Positions 45,432-56,763 of a stretch of 64,000 bases of DNA are shown piece after piece. The stretch comes from a virus. Its lineage: Duplodnaviria; Heunggongvirae; Uroviricota; Caudoviricetes. Under the pieces are notes generated by a model. It was not told where the DNA came from. It ran no database searches and saw nothing but the letters and a program-made list of their open reading frames with translations. Location of the stretch: positions 28,944-92,943 of the IMG/VR virus record IMGVR_UViG_3300043172_000799; one strand, 5' to 3'. The stretch's first letter is position 1. Each line of letters begins with the position of its first letter. The position numbers and the translations under genes were made by a program.

Positions 45432-46859
45432 ATGGCAAATGGATCAGAACGGTATTTAGCATACCAGAAAGAAACAATAGCTTCAACACTCCCTAGTCCG
45501 TTTGATGCACAAAAGCTGAGAGTGGTATCAGGAAGTGGTATTGAGAATGCCAGAACTAATATAAGTTCTGATGAAATTAGAGATGATAGACAGATTATAG
45601 TAGCAAGACTAGGGCAGAATGCCCCTGCACTAACAATACCAGGTGAGCTTTCATTTGAAAGTTATGATGACCTTATCGCCGGTGCAATGGGTAGCCTTTG
45701 GGTAGGAGATTATGATTTAAATACTATCACAGTAGATGTGGCAGCAGGAGCTACAATTACTACAGACGATGCTTCCACATGGCTAAGTAAAGGTGTTGCA
45801 GTAGGAGACTATATCACACTTACAGGATTGACAGTAACAGCAGAAGATGGAGTTTATTATGTAGACACCTTGGCTGGTGCTGTAATGACATTGGATCAGG
45901 CAGATGCCTCCACACCGGCTGCATTCACACTTGAAGCCGGTGCTGTTGTAAGAATCGCAGGAGCAAGAAAAGGTGGAGCACATGATGGTTCTACAAACAA
46001 CATAACTGTAGTAGCCTTGGCAAAAACCATGACTGCTGCTACTGCATTGTGGGTTACTACATTCAACATCCGTGTTGGTGATAGAGTATTCTTCGCAGGA
46101 TTTACAAATGCAGGAAATAATGGATTTCACAAAGTAGCTGCTGTTACAGATACAGTACTTACATTGAAGACTCTTACATTAGTGGATGAGGTTATGGCTA
46201 CAGCATTAGAAGTAGCAAATGCTTCGGCAATAATTGTGACTGGAGTTGATCTTCCAACATTTAGTGTTGAAGAAGGATTTAGTGATGTTTCCAGATATCA
46301 CCACATTACAGGAGCGAAGGTAGGTACGTGGAGTGCAACTATACAGACTGATAGTATTATAACTACTGAGTTTGGAATGAGTGGTGTAACTTATAGTGGG
46401 TTTGATACAACTACTGTAACTAACTCTCTTACAGATGGAAACATCAATGATGTGTTTGACTCATATACTGGAACACTAACAATACCAGGTGTCAACGATT
46501 GTGTAATTACAGGATTTGACTTCACGTTAGAGAACAACCTGAATGTAAGATATGCTCTTCTTCAAAGAGATGCATGTTCCATTGGTGAAGGTAGAATTAA
46601 CGTCACCGGAACAATCAGTGCTTACTTTCCTGATAGTACACTAAGTGAGATCTACAACAATGAGACAGAACTTAACGTAGCATTGTACTTTGAAGATCTC
46701 GATGGAAATGGTTATACTTTTGGATTTCCAAAAGTTAAGTTCACAACTGATTCTTTGGACATAGCAGAGAATGACGTAAGTGAGTCCATAGGCTTCACTG
46801 CCTTGGGGGGAGATGCAGACTTCAAAACTATGTATGTAATTAAGAACAGAGCAGTTTAG
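45432..46859 (+). CDS. Major tail tube protein
   Basis: S.EIR.DRQ, G..SFE, TG.ISAYF.D, FPKVKF motifs. Confidence 0.85.
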   Translation: MANGSERYLAYQKETIASTLPSPFDAQKLRVVSGSGIENARTNISSDEIRDDRQIIVARLGQNAPALTIPGELSFESYDDLIAGAMGSLWVGDYDLNTITVDVAAGATITTDDASTWLSKGVAVGDYITLTGLTVTAEDGVYYVDTLAGAVMTLDQADASTPAAFTLEAGAVVRIAGARKGGAHDGSTNNITVVALAKTMTAATALWVTTFNIRVGDRVFFAGFTNAGNNGFHKVAAVTDTVLTLKTLTLVDEVMATALEVANASAIIVTGVDLPTFSVEEGFSDVSRYHHITGAKVGTWSATIQTDSIITTEFGMSGVTYSGFDTTTVTNSLTDGNINDVFDSYTGTLTIPGVNDCVITGFDFTLENNLNVRYALLQRDACSIGEGRINVTGTISAYFPDSTLSEIYNNETELNVALYFEDLDGNGYTFGFPKVKFTTDSLDIAENDVSESIGFTALGGDADFKTMYVIKNRAV

Positions 46860-46940
46860 TAATTATTCCCCTACTTTTTAGTAGGGGATTTTAAACCAAA
46901 AAAAGAGAAACAAAACAAAAACAAAGAGGTAAAGAGAACT

Positions 46941-47312
46941 ATGAAAATTTCTAAATTTAACACAGTAGAAGCTTGCGAGAAGGGAGCATGGTTGACCATT
47001 CAGGACTTTGATGAGATGGACACAGATATTGAGATCAAAGTAATTGGTGTAGATTCCAAAGTATTCAAGAAACAGGTAAATAAACTTGCCAGACAGAATG
47101 AAGGTAAGAAAGTAAGTGATGCAGATAAACTAGAAGCGGAGACAATTCGTACTCTGGTAGCAATCACAACAGATTGGAAGAACGTTGAGGATGATGAAGA
47201 TAAAGCAGTTCCTTTTTCAAAAGAGGCTGTAGAAATTGTCTATACAGAATCCCCCTATATATGTGCACAAATTATTAAATTTGCGAGTGACCGTACAAAT
47301 TTTTTAGACTAA
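46941..47312 (+). CDS. Tail assembly chaperone (lambda G-like)
   Basis: Follows the tube gene; ends with a slippery site. Confidence 0.8.
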   Translation: MKISKFNTVEACEKGAWLTIQDFDEMDTDIEIKVIGVDSKVFKKQVNKLARQNEGKKVSDADKLEAETIRTLVAITTDWKNVEDDEDKAVPFSKEAVEIVYTESPYICAQIIKFASDRTNFLD

Positions 47313-47334
47313 AGGCATCCCGTTTAAAGGATGC
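47300..47334 (+). other. Programmed -1 ribosomal frameshift site
   Basis: T TTT TTA heptamer (47300-47306) followed by stem GCATCC/GGATGC; the -1 frame is open into ORF 47348-47710. Confidence 0.8.
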
Positions 47335-47347
47335 GGTAATAAGTAGA

Positions 47348-47710
47348 TTGTTGTTGGATACTCCCGATGAAAAAACAGGAGTATCTAAAAGAAAAAAATT
47401 AGAAAAGGTATATGAACAATCTGGTGTATTACCTCCTGAATTAGCAGATGAGGTTAGACCGGAGTTTTGGGATGAACCCATATTTAATATGTTTTTTGAG
47501 ATTTTTCAGAGAGGTCAAGAGTTCTACCAGACAATCTACTATTATCAACAAGTCATGGACTTAGAGCTTGATGGGGAAGATTTAACTATCTTATTACTCC
47601 TATGGAACACAGCAAGTAAGTACTTATCTGAAAAAGATAAAAAGGGTAAAGAAACAACCCCTAAGAATAACAAACCGGCAAGTAGACATACAGGAAAAAG
47701 ACGGAGGTAG
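47348..47710 (+). CDS. Tail assembly chaperone C-terminal (T-like) part, expressed by frameshift
   Basis: In the -1 frame from the slippery site; lacks a good RBS of its own. Confidence 0.75.
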   Translation: MLLDTPDEKTGVSKRKKLEKVYEQSGVLPPELADEVRPEFWDEPIFNMFFEIFQRGQEFYQTIYYYQQVMDLELDGEDLTILLLLWNTASKYLSEKDKKGKETTPKNNKPASRHTGKRRR

Positions 47711-47712
47711 GA

Positions 47713-50700
47713 ATGGCAAATATAACTACATTATTTATAAAAGTGGATTCAAATGGTGTCGTCACCGCTTCTAAGAATTTAAAAGGATTAAAAGATCAAG
47801 CTAATAAAGTAGTTCCTGCTGTAGCAAAAGTGACAGCAGGAACTAAGGCTCTAAATACATCTACAAAGGCAACAGCCGTCACACTGGCTAGTGCCTCTTC
47901 TGGTCTAAAGACTGTGGGTAGAGACTTGAATAGATATTCTCTACTTTTAGCAGGAGCAGGAACTGCGGTAGCTAAGTTTAGTTTTGACCTATCTAAAGGA
48001 CTGGGGCAAGTACAGACTTTAATACCCGATACAGGAAATAGAATATTTGAGCTAGAAGACGCTCTCAAAGATCTTTCTGTATCTTCAGGTGTTAGTTTAA
48101 ATAATTTAACAGAAGGTTTATACCAGACTATATCTGCATTTCAAGATAGTGCTGACACAATAGATATATTTACTCAAGCAACTGAAGCCTCAATAGCTGG
48201 TAATGCTAGAGTAGTTGATTCTATTGAACTAGCATCTGCTGTTACAAAAGCCTATGGTGACACAACTGCGAAAGCAACACAGAAGGTATTTGACTTGGCA
48301 TTTGAGACAGTTAGATTAGGTCAAACTACTTTCCCACAATTAGCAAATGGAATCCAGACAGCAACAGACAGTGCTGTACGTTTAGGGATATCTCAAGAAG
48401 AACTATTTGCTACATTCTCTGCATTAACAGGAGTTATAGGTGATGCATCAGAAGTTGCAACAAAGTTTAGATCAGCTTCAGCATCTTTATTAAATCCGAA
48501 TGAGAATCTGTTAAGATTATTTAAAGCCTTATCAGAACAGACTGGAGAGTCTATTAAAAATGGGAAAGATTTTGTAAAGGTAGCCGGTGGATGGCAAGAG
48601 GCATTAGCATTAGTAGTTGACACAGCAGAAAAAGCAGGACAGCCATTACAAACATATATTAGAAGAATTGAAGGTATAACACTTGCCAGTAGATTGGCTG
48701 GAAATTCAGCAGAGAAATATGCTTCTGACTTAGAAGATGCCAATAATGCTGTAGGAGCAAGTAAGCGTTCATATGATGAAGTAAAAGAAGGGATAGACTC
48801 CTTTAGACAATCTATCTTAGAAAGTAGACAACAAATTATAGTTGCAGCTACAGAAATAGGGGAAAACTTAGTACCACGATTAGCGGAGTTACTTGCAAAA
48901 ATTGCAGATGCAGTAACGTCTTTTTCTAATATGGATGATGAACTTCAACACTTTATAATAACTGTTGGAGCATCCTTAGCAGTATTAGGACCCTTTTTAA
49001 TTTTACTTGGGTCAATTGCTAGGGCAATAAAAGCAATACAGGCATTGAAAGCCTCTGCTACATTTATTTCATTAGCCACAGCACTTGGTGGTCCGGCAGG
49101 ATTGATTGCAATATTAGCAGTAGCAGTAACTGGTTTCTTATTACTAAATAGTACAATTGCAAAGTCTATTAAAACCCAGAAAGAATTGAGTGATGCTATA
49201 TCCTCCACTAGTGGAGTAGGTACTGCTTTCAATAATTTAGCAACCAAATATGAAACTGTGAATGATGTAACAACTGTTAACCGAGATCTAAACAAAGAGT
49301 TGGTTGAGCTATATCCAGAATTGTCAGAAAATGTAGATATATACAAGGATAGTCTAGGGGATGTATATAATGAATTAGTCAAAATAAAACAAATAAAACT
49401 TGAGTTAGCACTACAGGCTCAAATAGATACATTGCACGATTTGAGAGCAAATGCAAGAGAAGCTGGAGATGCTTATGCAGATATACTCCCAGAGTTTAGA
49501 GCATTATTTGATGAACTTGGAGGACATGAGGAATTCACTGGAGGATTTGAAGGATTTCTTCAAGCTGTGTCCAGTGGAGAAGTTGCTGTAGATAATTACT
49601 TAGGACTTATTAACAGATTCAGAATAAGGCAAGGGGAACTTAACATAGAGCAAGGAAAGTTTGCAGAAGTCTATGATGAAGTGCTGGAGAGAATAGAGTC
49701 TACCGGACTATTTGATGTGATAGCAGATGAAGCTAATATTCTTAAATTGATACCAAAGACCTTACAAGAGGTGTTAAACAAAACACAAGAGGAATTAGAT
49801 AAGAATAAGCCAGAAATAGATCTAACACTAGATGCAGATACAAAAGAGAAAGCTCTTAAAACTTGGCAAGAATGGTTTGAACAAATTACCGGAGTTGCTA
49901 AAGAAAGATTTGGGAATAGTGGAAAAGTTGCATCAGAGGAATTCATAGCACAAATAAAGAAAGCAACCTCAGACCAAGATATTCTTTCTCTTTTAATAGG
50001 TGAAGATTTAGATAATGTGAAGAGTGCAAAGTCTGAAATAGACAAGATGAAAAGTGCCTTATTGGAACTTGTAACAATTGCAAAAGACGAGGTAAAGGAC
50101 GGAGAGATTTTTGAATTTGATGATAAGAGCATTAGGACTTTGATTCAGGGAATCAATGAGGCAACAGATGCATTAAAAGGATTTCAAGCTCAATCTTTAA
50201 AAGATACTTTAAAAGATGATTTGTTAGCTATGGATAAGCTGAATGAAGCATTTGGTGAAGCTCCTGAGTCCTTTGATGCCTTAACAGCAAAAGCAGATGT
50301 TCTAGGAGAAGCTTTGGAAAAGGCACTAGAGCTAGATCTTGAAGGTACGGGATTTGTAGAGGATTTAAAAAGCCAATTATCTGAAGTAGAAGAAGCACTT
50401 TCCAGCACTTTTGAAGGTGCACAGAATAATGTTGTTGACTTTTTTGAGAAAGCCCAGAAAGCAATGTTTGAGTTTATGACCAATACAATGGGCATGGCTC
50501 CACAGGTGGCATTGGCCATATCTGAAATTGGGGTAGCGTTATTGAGTTTAGGTATTGATGGAATCACCTCTAGTTTTGAAGCACTCGGTAATGCATTTGC
50601 AGACGGTGTGGCTAGTGGAAAAGAACTTAATGATATTTTAGCAGATCAAGCATTAGCTATACTTGAAATGCTCCCACAATTATTTATTCAGGCAGGGTTA

Positions 50701-51216
50701 CAACTGATAGCCAGTGGAAACTACGCTGTGGGTATTGGGTTTGTGGCAGCAGGATTAACATCCTCCTTTTTGACAGGTCTGGCTAAGGGTAAAGCAGAAG
50801 CGGATGAAACTGCTAATGCACAAGGAAATGCATTCTCAGGTTCAAACATAATTCCGTTCGCTTCCGGTGGATCATTTACTAATTCAGTAATTGATTCTCC
50901 TACTAACTTTGCTTTTGCAAATGGTGGGGCACTAGGTCTAATGGGTGAAGCAGGACCAGAAGCTATACTACCTTTATCTAGAACATCTTCTGGAAATTTA
51001 GGTGTGGAAACTACCGGAATGGGTGGGGCAAATATCTCCATTAATATAATAAATAATACTGGATCTCAGGTACAGACAAAGGAAAGAAAAACTCCTGATG
51101 GAACACAGATAGAAGTTATCATTGGACAGGTTGTTGGAAAGCAATTAGCTAATGGTAAATATGATTCTGCCATGCAAGGCAGATACGGCACTAAAGTAAA
51201 AGGGATAGCAGTATAA
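47713..51216 (+). CDS. Tape measure protein
   Basis: 1167 aa, TP901-type core and lambda-type C-terminal GLMGEAGPEAILPL motif. Confidence 0.95.
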   Translation: MANITTLFIKVDSNGVVTASKNLKGLKDQANKVVPAVAKVTAGTKALNTSTKATAVTLASASSGLKTVGRDLNRYSLLLAGAGTAVAKFSFDLSKGLGQVQTLIPDTGNRIFELEDALKDLSVSSGVSLNNLTEGLYQTISAFQDSADTIDIFTQATEASIAGNARVVDSIELASAVTKAYGDTTAKATQKVFDLAFETVRLGQTTFPQLANGIQTATDSAVRLGISQEELFATFSALTGVIGDASEVATKFRSASASLLNPNENLLRLFKALSEQTGESIKNGKDFVKVAGGWQEALALVVDTAEKAGQPLQTYIRRIEGITLASRLAGNSAEKYASDLEDANNAVGASKRSYDEVKEGIDSFRQSILESRQQIIVAATEIGENLVPRLAELLAKIADAVTSFSNMDDELQHFIITVGASLAVLGPFLILLGSIARAIKAIQALKASATFISLATALGGPAGLIAILAVAVTGFLLLNSTIAKSIKTQKELSDAISSTSGVGTAFNNLATKYETVNDVTTVNRDLNKELVELYPELSENVDIYKDSLGDVYNELVKIKQIKLELALQAQIDTLHDLRANAREAGDAYADILPEFRALFDELGGHEEFTGGFEGFLQAVSSGEVAVDNYLGLINRFRIRQGELNIEQGKFAEVYDEVLERIESTGLFDVIADEANILKLIPKTLQEVLNKTQEELDKNKPEIDLTLDADTKEKALKTWQEWFEQITGVAKERFGNSGKVASEEFIAQIKKATSDQDILSLLIGEDLDNVKSAKSEIDKMKSALLELVTIAKDEVKDGEIFEFDDKSIRTLIQGINEATDALKGFQAQSLKDTLKDDLLAMDKLNEAFGEAPESFDALTAKADVLGEALEKALELDLEGTGFVEDLKSQLSEVEEALSSTFEGAQNNVVDFFEKAQKAMFEFMTNTMGMAPQVALAISEIGVALLSLGIDGITSSFEALGNAFADGVASGKELNDILADQALAILEMLPQLFIQAGLQLIASGNYAVGIGFVAAGLTSSFLTGLAKGKAEADETANAQGNAFSGSNIIPFASGGSFTNSVIDSPTNFAFANGGALGLMGEAGPEAILPLSRTSSGNLGVETTGMGGANISINIINNTGSQVQTKERKTPDGTQIEVIIGQVVGKQLANGKYDSAMQGRYGTKVKGIAV

Positions 51217-51596
51217 TGCCTACAATAATAGATTGGGATTCAACACTCCCACAATCATACATACAAAGTTCTTTTAATCACACACCACAAGGTAATGTAT
51301 TAAGAACAAACATGGATTCTGGGCCTGCTAAAGTGAGGAGGCTATTCACAGCAGTACCGGAAAATTATTCCGGTGTGATGGTGATGACTTCTGCCCAGTT
51401 AACAACATTTAAAACATTTTTTACTACAACTCTGGGGTATGGAATTAATACTTTCAACTTCCCAGATCCGTTCAATCTTTCTTCTACTATAGAAGTTAGA
51501 TTTAAAATAGATAGTAATGCTTCTCCATATCAAGTTACCCCTGATGCGGATACACTTGATTGGAGTATTACATTAAACTTGGAGTCTACACCATGA
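51216..51596 (+). CDS. Distal tail protein
   Basis: RT.MDSGPAKVRR motif after the tape measure. Confidence 0.75.
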   Translation: MPTIIDWDSTLPQSYIQSSFNHTPQGNVLRTNMDSGPAKVRRLFTAVPENYSGVMVMTSAQLTTFKTFFTTTLGYGINTFNFPDPFNLSSTIEVRFKIDSNASPYQVTPDADTLDWSITLNLESTP

Positions 51597-52069
51597 GTAG
51601 AAACATATCAAATACTGCTAGAATAGCTATAAATGCTCCTCAGACAGATCAGGTCTTTTTGGTGATTTTAACAATTGATCATCCAGATTTATCTTCTCCT
51701 ATGCGAGTTGTAAACAACAAACAGAGTGTTATATCAAATGGGGAAACATATATAGCTACAGCATTCAGTTTTATACCTCCTGCACAGGAGGATGGAGTAA
51801 TAAGTAATAGTCAATTATCTATTGATAATGTAGACAGACTAATGGTACAAGTAATAAGAACAATTAGTTCTCCTGCTGATATAAGTGCCAGCATAATTTT
51901 AGCTGATTCTCCTGATGTAGTGGAAGCAGGACCTTGGGATTTTAAACTTAGAGATGTGACGTATAACCGAGAAACCGTTTCTGGAGAATTGGTATATGCA
52001 AGTTATTTAAGGGACAATTTGGGTACTATAAAATATAAGAATATTAATTTCCCAGGATTATTCGGATGA
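51593..52069 (+). CDS. Tail tip protein (DUF1833-like)
   Basis: Probable start ATG 51593; LTI.HP.L..P.R.VNN, L.IDNV motifs. Confidence 0.75.
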   Translation: MSRNISNTARIAINAPQTDQVFLVILTIDHPDLSSPMRVVNNKQSVISNGETYIATAFSFIPPAQEDGVISNSQLSIDNVDRLMVQVIRTISSPADISASIILADSPDVVEAGPWDFKLRDVTYNRETVSGELVYASYLRDNLGTIKYKNINFPGLFG

Positions 52070-52473
52070 TAGATATAAATAAATATATAGGAATTCCTTA
52101 TAAAACAAAGGGATATGATTTTGATGGAGCGGATTGCTTTGGTTTAGTTAGGTTATTTCTTCAAAATGAGTTTGGAATGGCTATGCCTAAATTTGAACAA
52201 TACAACCCTGATGAGGATATTAAAGAAGTAGCAAAACAATTCAGTTTGAATATTCCTCTGATAGCAGGAGAAAGGGTGGACATCCCTGAAATAGGAGATG
52301 TGGCTTTGTTCCACTTTCGTGGAATTGCCAGTCATATTGGAATATACGTAGGGAACAATAGAGTACTCCATATATTAAGAGGAACTAATTCTACTTGTGA
52401 AGCTATTGATAGTAGAAGATTAAAAGGAAGATTAGAGGGTTATTATGGACTTGAACGAAAAAATAAAACTTAG
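52066..52473 (+). CDS. NlpC/P60 tail-associated peptidase
   Basis: YIGIPY, GADCFGL, HIGIY..LH. Confidence 0.9.
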   Translation: MIDINKYIGIPYKTKGYDFDGADCFGLVRLFLQNEFGMAMPKFEQYNPDEDIKEVAKQFSLNIPLIAGERVDIPEIGDVALFHFRGIASHIGIYVGNNRVLHILRGTNSTCEAIDSRRLKGRLEGYYGLERKNKT

Positions 52474-55400
52474 TGTTGTTCCGCATCCTTTTAAGACGGA
52501 ACGGATAGATTCTGAAGTAGATAGAAAAACATATAAAGAATTATTTGAAGAACATGTAGATACATTTCTTCCAATAGAACACGCATTAATTTTTGATAAA
52601 GATAGAAAAATTGCATTAGAAGATTTTGGTAATCTACCAGAATCTAACAATGTAATTATAAAAATGCTTCCGGCAGGAGATGATTCTGCATCCCCAACTG
52701 GAGCAAATGATTTTGGAGCACTTGGGCCATCATCCACTGGGAGTGGGGAAGGGCTAGGAACACTCCAAAAAACAGGTGGATTCTTACTTACAGTACTGGG
52801 AGCTATTCTTTTATTTACACCATTATCTCCCCTTGGGGGAATGATACTAGGTGCCGGACTATCCTTATTTTACACTGGAACTCAGACATATAAAACAGAA
52901 ACACCAGATCTATCAGGCACAGAAAGAGAAGCAGTTGTTACAACTCCATCCATTCGTGGAGCAAAAAACAAGACTAAAATTGGAGGGAATGTTCCTATCT
53001 TATTGGGAACACACTTATTAGTTCCCGACACAATTGCAATACCATATTCATCAGTATCAGGAAATGAGCAACGATTGCACCAATTATTTTGTTTTGGGTA
53101 TAATGATATAACAATAGATGAAAGTACATTAAAAATAGGTGATAATCCAATTTCTAACTATAATAGTTTTTTATACAATATACAAAAAAATACTAGTCCT
53201 CCTACGCATTACCCAAAAAGAATTATACAAAATAGTATTGGGTTAGAATTAGTAGGACCAGAAATACAAGGGACTACACCTACATTCCCATTATATCAAA
53301 TAACAAGTACTAACACAAGGCAAATTGATGTTGAAATAGTTTGGCCTAATGGAGTAGTATTCTATACCAATGAGGGTGAACCATCCTATCACGCAGTATG
53401 GTTTAGTATATTTCTTAGTAATTATGATGGCACAAATAGACACAGAGTGTATAACACATTCATGAGTGGAAGTGAAGCTGTAACCAAAAGAGGAACATAT
53501 CCCATTGTTTTAGACAATGATACATCTGGAGGATCTGATTATTACGATGAAAAAAGACAGTATAAAATAGAAGTATATCGAGTTACACCAGACTATAGTA
53601 ATTCCCAATGGGTAGATTCAACATATCTGGATAGTATCAAAAGTCACACTGCCTCATATGATTCAAATGTCTATTCTAATAACAGACCTGTAGACCCAAC
53701 CACACAAGGACAATTAGCTATTATTAGTGTTGATGTCCTAGCAGAAAATCAATTAAAAGGGGTAATTGATCAACTTAATGCTATTGGGCAATTACATACA
53801 CTTAAGTATGATGGAGTTGGATCTGGACCCACAGCATGGTCTGTAGCAGGAACTAATAATCCTGCGTCCATGTTTCGGTATATATTGCAAGATAGTAAGG
53901 TAAATCCACATCCAACAACAGATGCACAGATAGATTGGGCTTCTTTGGAAGAATGGTATACATTTTGTGTAACCAAAGAGTTTGAATGTAATGCCGTTTT
54001 AAATGGAAATATTACAGTTGCAGATGCATTAAATAATATTGCTTCAACAGGAAGAGCAGGATGGGTAACAATAGATGGTAAGTACTCCATAATAATAGAT
54101 GATGTAAAACCAGTTATCATACAGATGTTCACTCCACGAAATAGTACTAATTTTGTAGGAAGAAAAACATTTCCAGATAACGCTACTATGTTAAAAATAC
54201 AGTTCATAGACTCAACTACGGGATATACCTCTGCTGAAAGAGATGTGTATGTGAATGACGCTGTTCCAGATGATTCTGTTACTCAGTCGGTTAGTTTATT
54301 TGGAGCAATCTCATCTGATCAAGCATGGAAGATTGGAAAGTATATGTTGGCAACTAGCCTTCTACGTCCTGAAGCGTATAGTTTTACCGTGGATATAGAA
54401 AATCTAGTATGTACTAAAGGAGACAGAATATCTATAGCACATGATTCTGCCCTTATTGGGATTTCCCAAGGAAGAGTTAAGCTAATATTTGAAAGTGGTG
54501 GAGATACAGATGGGTTCACTTCTGATGAATTATTAAATTATGAAGCAGGAAAAGATTATGCAGTAAAAATTAGACTACAAGATGGAACTATAATTGAAGA
54601 GCCTATTGTAAATCAAGAAAGCTATACTGATTTTGTAGATTTTGTCACCCCAATAATAGGTACAGGCATCTTACTTTCCACAGAATTATTTTCTTTTGGA
54701 GAATTAGGAGAAGAAGTATTAGATCTTATAGTGGCTGGGATATCTCCGGCAGAAGGATTATCTGCATCCTTGACTTGTGTAGAATATTCTCCTGAAGTAT
54801 TTGATGCAGATTCAGGTGTTATACCTGAATACAATCCTGTAATAAGTAATCCTGGAGATGGCACAGTAGGTTTGAACTTCAGTACGTTATACGATCCAGA
54901 AAAATCTGCACAATATTTAGCATCACAAGATGCCATAAATGCAGGAAATATTGCAAGAGCAGGACAATCGTTGATTGCTTCAAGACCAGATGCATTTAGT
55001 GTTGTAGACCAAGCATTCGAAGTATGCATAGCTGACAGCGGTGAAATCATATTTGTAGATAGAACCACTAGTATACTATATAAGACCAGAAAAACAGATA
55101 GCTTCACAGGAACTCCTATAGGAGATGTGGTAGCGAGTAATCCAGCAAATGCAGGAGTGAATGGCTTTGGGAATTCTAGAATATTATATGTAAATAAGGA
55201 AGACAATGATAGAATATATTTAAAGAATATAACAGACTTATTAGATGGAACTCCGGTAACAACCAGTGGTGCAGAGCGACCACAATTTATAGGGAATGAT
55301 GAACTTCTTTACATAGGGTTTGATGGCTTTCTTTATAGAGGTGTAATTACGGATGCTTTAGATGGAGTACAAGTGACAACTTTTTCAATTGGGCATTATG

Positions 55401-56665
55401 TCCCAATATCCTCTTTAGAAATAATTTATTCAAATTGGAATGATGATTCAAAATTATACAGAAAAGCTAGTACAGATGACTTGGAGGGAACAATATTAAC
55501 CAACGTCTCTGCTGGTAGATTAGCTTATGCAAACGAGGGGAGTATTTATTACATAAACTATGATGATGGGCTACTAATTTACAAGATAAACATTGATGAT
55601 ACAATTACTGATGGGATACCGGCTTATCTTGCTTCTTTGGGTGTCACTGCTGACAGTGAAGGGAACGTTGTATTTATATCACTGTTTGACAATAGTACAA
55701 TATATAGTGGACTTCTTGATCTAGCTATTACAGATGGGTTTTTAGAAGCTTCGCCAAATGAGTTTACTTTATTGGGGGACTTACTTATAGGAAGTACTAG
55801 AATTTCAAATATCACTTCCGAAGCTTTGGATGAAATTGCAGTGAAAGACTCTTTCTACCATGAATATTTGTCGTTAGAAACAGTTGTGTTATTTAAAGGA
55901 AATGACTATGTAGTAGTAAATATTTCGGCTGGAGGCACATCTGTACAAGCAACAATAGAAGTAGCTGGAACACGTATTATATTAGATGCAAATAGGGTTA
56001 TTATTGATGGCACTGTAACAGCTAATTTATTAGAAGCAAGTGCTATAAATAGTAAGGCTAAGACAGATGGGGGATTTTACAAATCGGAATATGATTTAGA
56101 TTCGGGAGCACAGCTACTTAGAAGAGATGATGATACTATTATGCTCGATTTTGATGCAGATAGAACAGGAAGTGAGTTACTTCTTGGTGGAACATTAGTT
56201 GGTGTAGATGGAGAGTTTACCGGAACATTAACAGCAGTAGATGGGAGCTTCTCTGGAACACTAGATGCAGTTTCAGGAGTATTTGAAGGATTATCTGGTC
56301 TTAGAATGGAAGCGGTAGCCTACAGTGGAACAGAGACAGCATTCTACTACGACACTGGGAAGTCAAGTTCAACTACGGTAGTTGCAGGGACATTTTTCTT
56401 AGCAACAAGGGACATTTTCCTAATAGCAGGAGGATTTGATACACCAAACGCTTTATTTGGTGTACAATATTTATACAACACGTATAATGCCACAAATCGT
56501 GTAAACACAATGGATCTAACAGGGTTTGGAGATACAATTTCTGGATCTGTAGTTGTCAGAAGTGGTACTCTTCAGATTCAATTCATAAAAAATACAGCAG
56601 GGGCAGGAACATCTGCTAGTATGACGGCTATGGTAATTAGGCAACCAGATCCAGCTAGTCCGTAA
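52445..56665 (+). CDS. Tail tip / host specificity protein (lambda J-like)
   Basis: 1406 aa; tip-attachment signatures (SIRG..N, P.LLG, NNPAS, FTPRNS..F). Confidence 0.85.
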   Translation: MDLNEKIKLSVVPHPFKTERIDSEVDRKTYKELFEEHVDTFLPIEHALIFDKDRKIALEDFGNLPESNNVIIKMLPAGDDSASPTGANDFGALGPSSTGSGEGLGTLQKTGGFLLTVLGAILLFTPLSPLGGMILGAGLSLFYTGTQTYKTETPDLSGTEREAVVTTPSIRGAKNKTKIGGNVPILLGTHLLVPDTIAIPYSSVSGNEQRLHQLFCFGYNDITIDESTLKIGDNPISNYNSFLYNIQKNTSPPTHYPKRIIQNSIGLELVGPEIQGTTPTFPLYQITSTNTRQIDVEIVWPNGVVFYTNEGEPSYHAVWFSIFLSNYDGTNRHRVYNTFMSGSEAVTKRGTYPIVLDNDTSGGSDYYDEKRQYKIEVYRVTPDYSNSQWVDSTYLDSIKSHTASYDSNVYSNNRPVDPTTQGQLAIISVDVLAENQLKGVIDQLNAIGQLHTLKYDGVGSGPTAWSVAGTNNPASMFRYILQDSKVNPHPTTDAQIDWASLEEWYTFCVTKEFECNAVLNGNITVADALNNIASTGRAGWVTIDGKYSIIIDDVKPVIIQMFTPRNSTNFVGRKTFPDNATMLKIQFIDSTTGYTSAERDVYVNDAVPDDSVTQSVSLFGAISSDQAWKIGKYMLATSLLRPEAYSFTVDIENLVCTKGDRISIAHDSALIGISQGRVKLIFESGGDTDGFTSDELLNYEAGKDYAVKIRLQDGTIIEEPIVNQESYTDFVDFVTPIIGTGILLSTELFSFGELGEEVLDLIVAGISPAEGLSASLTCVEYSPEVFDADSGVIPEYNPVISNPGDGTVGLNFSTLYDPEKSAQYLASQDAINAGNIARAGQSLIASRPDAFSVVDQAFEVCIADSGEIIFVDRTTSILYKTRKTDSFTGTPIGDVVASNPANAGVNGFGNSRILYVNKEDNDRIYLKNITDLLDGTPVTTSGAERPQFIGNDELLYIGFDGFLYRGVITDALDGVQVTTFSIGHYVPISSLEIIYSNWNDDSKLYRKASTDDLEGTILTNVSAGRLAYANEGSIYYINYDDGLLIYKINIDDTITDGIPAYLASLGVTADSEGNVVFISLFDNSTIYSGLLDLAITDGFLEASPNEFTLLGDLLIGSTRISNITSEALDEIAVKDSFYHEYLSLETVVLFKGNDYVVVNISAGGTSVQATIEVAGTRIILDANRVIIDGTVTANLLEASAINSKAKTDGGFYKSEYDLDSGAQLLRRDDDTIMLDFDADRTGSELLLGGTLVGVDGEFTGTLTAVDGSFSGTLDAVSGVFEGLSGLRMEAVAYSGTETAFYYDTGKSSSTTVVAGTFFLATRDIFLIAGGFDTPNALFGVQYLYNTYNATNRVNTMDLTGFGDTISGSVVVRSGTLQIQFIKNTAGAGTSASMTAMVIRQPDPASP

Positions 56666-56699
56666 TAAGAAGGAGACAAATAAATGTCAAGATTAACTA

Positions 56700-56728
56700 T
56701 TGACATTTAGTTCTGTATATGATATAAT
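56700..56728 (+). promoter_or_regulatory. Consensus sigma70 promoter of a moron
   Basis: TTGACA-N17-TATAAT with extended TG. Confidence 0.8.
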
Positions 56729-56763
56729 TCCACATGAAGTAACAATAAAATAATGGGGGATTT

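Noticed and set aside
36050-55815. Numerous minus-strand ORFs (60-194 aa) inside the fibre, tape-measure and tail-tip genes
   Set aside because: Typical antisense shadows of long plus-strand genes, with no RBS or recognisable motifs.
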